Source: the human T2T-CHM13v2.0 reference genome, Homo sapiens
DNA length: 64,000 nucleotides
Reading direction: 5' to 3' (one strand)
Assembly (NCBI RefSeq): GCF_009914755.1
Contig: NC_060931.1
Translations under genes and position numbers: made by a program
Part shown: piece by piece, positions 59,246 through 64,000 of the stretch
Layout of the letters: the number at the start of each line of letters is the position of its first letter
Position numbering within the stretch: the stretch's first letter is position 1
The notes under the pieces: generated by a model
Databases searched by the model: none
Told to the model about the DNA's origin: nothing
What the model saw: only the letters and a program-made list of their open reading frames with translations

Positions 59246-60834
59246 TGTGTCCGGAATTGGTGAGTTCTTGGTCTTACTGACTTAAAGAATGAAGCCGCGG
59301 ACCCTCGCAGTGAGTGTTACAGCTCTTAAGGTGGCGCGTCTGGAGTTTGTTCCTTCTGATGTTCGGATGTGTTCGGAGTTTCTTCCTTCTGGTGGGTTCA
59401 TAGTCTCGCTGGCTCAGAAGTGAAGCTGCAGACCTTCGCGGTGAGTGTTACAGCTCTTAAGGCGGCGCATCTGGAGTTGTTCCTTCCTCCCGGTGGGCTC
59501 CTGGTCTCGCTGGCTTCAGGAGAGAAGCTGCAGACCTTCGCGGTGAGTGTTACAGCTCATAAAAGCAGTGTGGACCCAAAGAGTGAGCAGTAGCAAGATT
59601 TATTGCAAAAAGCGAAAGAACAAAGTTTCCACAGTGTGGAAGGGGACCTGAGCGGGTTGCCACTGCTGGCTTGGGCAGCCTGCTTTTATTCTCTTATCTG
59701 GCCCCACCCACATTCTGCTGATTGGTAGAGCCGAGTGGTCTGTTTTGACAGGGCACTGATTGGTGCGTTTACAATCCCTGAGCTAGATACAAAGGTTCTC
59801 CACGTCCCCATCAGATTAGTTAGATACAGAGTATCCACACAAAAGTTCTCCAAGGCCCCACCAGAGCAGCTAGATACAGAGTGTCAATTGGTGCACTCAC
59901 AAACCCTGAGCTAGACACAGAGTGCTGATTGGTGTGTTTACAAACCTTGAGCTAGATACAGAATGCCAATTGATGTATTTACAATCCCTGAGCTAGACAT
60001 AAAGGTTCTCCAAGGCCCCACCAGAGCAGCTAGATACGGAGTGTCGATTGGTGCACTCACAAACCCTGAGCTAGACACAGGGTGCTGATTGGTGTGTTTA
60101 CAAACCTTGAGCTAGATACAGAATGCCGATTGGTGTATTTACAATCCCTGAGCTAGACATAAAGGTTCTCCAAGGTCCCACCAGACTCAGGAGCCCAGCT
60201 GGCTTCACCCAGTGGATCTCCCACCAGGGATGCAGGTGGAGCTGCCAGCCAGTCCCGCGCCATGCGCTTGCACTCTTCGGCCCTTGGGTGGTCGATGGGA
60301 CTGTGTGCTGGGGAGCAGGAGGTGGCGCTCATCGGGGAGGCTGGGGCTGCACAGGAGCCCACGGAGGCAGGGGAAGGCTCAGGCATGGCGTGCTGCAGTC
60401 CCGAGGCCTGCCCCGCGGGAAGGCAGCTAAGGCCCGGCGAGAAATCGAGCGCAGCGCCGGTGGGCTGGCACTGCTGGGGGACCCAGTACACCCTCCGCAG
60501 CCGCTGGCCCGGGTGCTAAGTCCCTCATTGCCCCGGGCCGGCAGGGCCGGCCGGCTGCTCCGAGTGCGGGACCCGCCAAGCCCACGCCCACCCGAAACTC
60601 CAGCTGGCCCGCAAGTGCCACATGCAGCCCCGGTTCCCGCTCGTGCCTCTCCCTCCACACCTCCCTGCAAGCTGAGGGAGTGGGCTCCGGCCTTGGCTAG
60701 CCCAGAAAGGGGCTCCCACAGTGCAGCGGTGGGCTGAAGGGCTCCTCAAGTGCCGCCAAAGTGGGAGCCCAGGCAGAGGAGGCGCCCAGAGCGAGCAAGG
60801 GCTGTGAGGACTGCCAGCAGGCTGTCACCTCTCA
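59246..60834 (-). mobile_element. LTR12C (ERV9) solo LTR
   Basis: Reverse strand runs tgagaggtgacagc...aattccggacaca; GC-rich U3; CCAAT/GATA repeat block 59750-60190 with 160-bp period; near-perfect 4-bp TSD ctat/ttat. Confidence 0.95.
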
Positions 60835-61044
60835 TTATATCTATAGGTTTATATCTTTTGCCAAATTTAGGACATATTAACAAATTATTTCTTCAAATAC
60901 CTTTTCAGTCTCACTCTTTCTCCTGTACTTCTGAAACTCCAATAATGCAAATGCTAGCTCTTTTGTTATTGTCCCACAGGTTCCTCAGTCTGTTCAATTT
61001 TTTGTTCTAGTCTATTTTCTCTATTGTTCAGGTTGGGTAAATTG

Positions 61045-61182
61045 TTATTATCATTATTATTATTGTAGAGACAGGGTCTCTGTGTGTTGCTCATGCTGGT
61101 ATAAAACTTCTGGGCTCAAGGGATTCTCCTGCCTGAGCCTCCCAAAGTGCTGGGATTACAGACATAAGCCACCACACCCAGT
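61045..61182 (-). mobile_element. FLAM_C / Alu monomer
   Basis: Single left monomer; TSD tcaggttgg(g/a)taaatt. Confidence 0.85.
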
Positions 61183-61754
61183 CAGGTTGGATAAATTCTA
61201 TTGATGTGTCCTGAAGTTCATCAATTCTATCTTTAGTCATCTTGACTCTACTATTGAACCCATCCAGCAAATTTTTTATTTCATTGCTTTATGTTTTAGT
61301 TCTATAATTTCTATTTGGTTCTTTTTTAACTTATTTATTTGCTGAGATATTTTATTTTTTATTTGTGTCAAGAGAATTTGTAATTGCTGGTTAAAACATT
61401 TTTATAATAACTACTTTAAAATCCATATTAGATCGTTCCAACATCTGATTCATCTTGATTTTAGCATCTGTTGATTTTCTTTTCTCATTCAAATTGTGAT
61501 CTTCCTGGTTCTTGGTATGAGGAATGATGTTCAATTATATTCTGGATATTTTGGATATTATAGTATAAGACTCTGGATTCTATTTAATCTTTTTTAATCA
61601 GGTAGGCCTCCTGTTGGGGTGTAGCAAGAAGGCAGGTGATTTTGTATGTTTGGTCTCCCAGTGGGCCCACCAACACCTTCCAGACAAACATGCAGTACTT
61701 ATTCATCCTGTCCAGATGTCTATGGGGGGGCGGGGTGGGGGGCGGCGGGGAGGG

Positions 61755-62480
<726 letters not shown>

Positions 62481-64000
62481 GTGAGTTGGAAGTTCAGCTA
62501 CCCCTTGCCCTGTTGACACCTTCCCAGTCAAAGTGAGATATTCGCTCACACCTCTAAGTTCAGGTGCCACTAGAAAGGTGGAAGCAGATGATTGATTCAC
62601 ACCATTTTATTACAGCAGGATTGGGGTAGAAATTAGGTTCTCAACTCTCTGCTGGGCCTCCCTGATGCCAGAGGAGGAGAGGGAGACAAGCAAAGTGCCA
62701 ACTATCCCTGCCTCTACCGCTTTGTTCTGTCTCATTGATGCCAGGTGGAAGTGAAGACTCAGCAACCCACTGGGCCCTGCCTACATGGAGGTGTGGGGGT
62801 AAGTGGAGTACTGACCAGACTTGAGTCACACGACCCAGTTCAGTTGTTGATGCTGGATGGGAGTGGAGTCTCAGCTTCCTATTGGTTACCACTGACACTA
62901 GACTGAAGCATAACTGTGATGAGCCCTGCATCCCACCGTCTCTTTGAGTCTCACTGTGGGTGCAAGCTCAGCTCATTGCTGCACCCTGCCAACACAAGGT
63001 GAGGGATAGAAAACCAGATCCCTGCTCAGCCAGGCAAAGCCACCCTGAGTGGGATCACAGTGCTGCTGCCTGCCTCCAGTGAGTGGAGTAAAAAATCAGC
63101 CTCCTGTCCTATTCTACTCAAACTTTGAGAAAGGGAGGGTGCAGTTGTTACACTGGTATTTGCCCTGAGTAGGGCAGGTATCGCCAAAAAGTTCTGGCTA
63201 CGGGGAACGAACAGGCTCATCTTGGGGCTTTTTGTGTATGTTTGTTAGTGGCTCCAAGTTGAAAGCTTCTGCAGGACCCTGTCTGGAATATATGAGAGGC
63301 AATAAGGAAATCCAGGGAACTCAGTGCCATGTCATTCCTTGGGTCCCCAGGTTCCTAAGTAGTTCACCTTCTTCTTTTCAGTGTTAGAGTCTTCCTGTGC
63401 TTGTTTGTTGAGTTATGGCCAGGGTTTTTTTAGTTGTAAGAAAGAGGGTCTGGGAGGAATGAGGCTACTTCCATTTGCCCAGAACCAGAAGTCCTCCTTA
63501 TAAACACTTTAATAGAAGAAATGCAAAGAAGATAGGGATTTTTATGGAATATTCCAACATAAAATCAGCAACTGATCTAAAACCTGAATTATCAAAAGGA
63601 ATATCAATTTCTAAAACCAGGGCAAGCTGACAAAATAAAGCTGAGCTATATAAAGGTATGTGTGCTGTAATACTCAACTTCAAGATGCTTTTGGATGAGC
63701 TCAATTCAACTAACATCAAAACAAAAGGAAATAAATTTTTCTACATTCGGAATATTTGTCACAAAACAAAGACCAACACTATCAGATAGGGCAATTCATG
63801 TTTTGTGTGTTTTAAATTTTTATTTTAAGAATAACTTTTAAATATTTGTAACAGCTTTCAATTTTTTAATTGATTTTATTTGGTGTTAGTGATACTTTTT
63901 TAGTTTTTTCTATCATCAGGTATAGATCATTTTTACATGTTATTAAAATACATAATCTCATCAAATGCAGTTAATATTGTATTTTTATTTTTATAGAAAA

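Noticed and set aside
59750-60190. Regularly spaced repeats resembling a CRISPR array
   Set aside because: Known LTR12 enhancer repeats; spacers are not unique, the context is eukaryotic and there are no cas genes.
60123-60749. Overlapping ORFs up to 204 aa
   Set aside because: All lie in the GC-rich U3 of LTR12C, where stop codons are scarce; no protein similarity recognised.

Overview
Primate (human-like) genomic DNA, about 60% interspersed repeats, with no prokaryotic features and no intact protein-coding exon. A CpG island at ~40300-40960 holds the promoter and non-coding first exon of a minus-strand gene, with a donor AAAGG|GTAAGT at 40176/40175. From memory of its 5'UTR and ~40 kb first intron I identify the gene as IMMP2L (7q31.1); this is not database-verified. 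On that reading, 1-40175 is intron 1 (Alu, MIR, L2, old L1, Tigger, MER85). 41000-64000 is upstream DNA with solo LTRs (MER39-like, MLT2A1, MER74-like, MER11, LTR12C, MLT1A) and a ~10 kb decayed full-length L1MA carrying nested insertions. Main observations: (1) the exon-1 5' splice site is folded into a hairpin by an exon-encoded copy of the U1 snRNA 5' end; (2) an internal acceptor in exon 1 bypasses an upstream AUG, and three stage-specific LTR promoters point at it in sense; (3) a MER85 has symmetric substitutions in its PGBD3-binding palindrome; (4) an L1PA inserted antisense and truncated at its own homologous position in a host L1. Repeat subfamily names and old-repeat boundaries come from recalled consensus sequences and are approximate.
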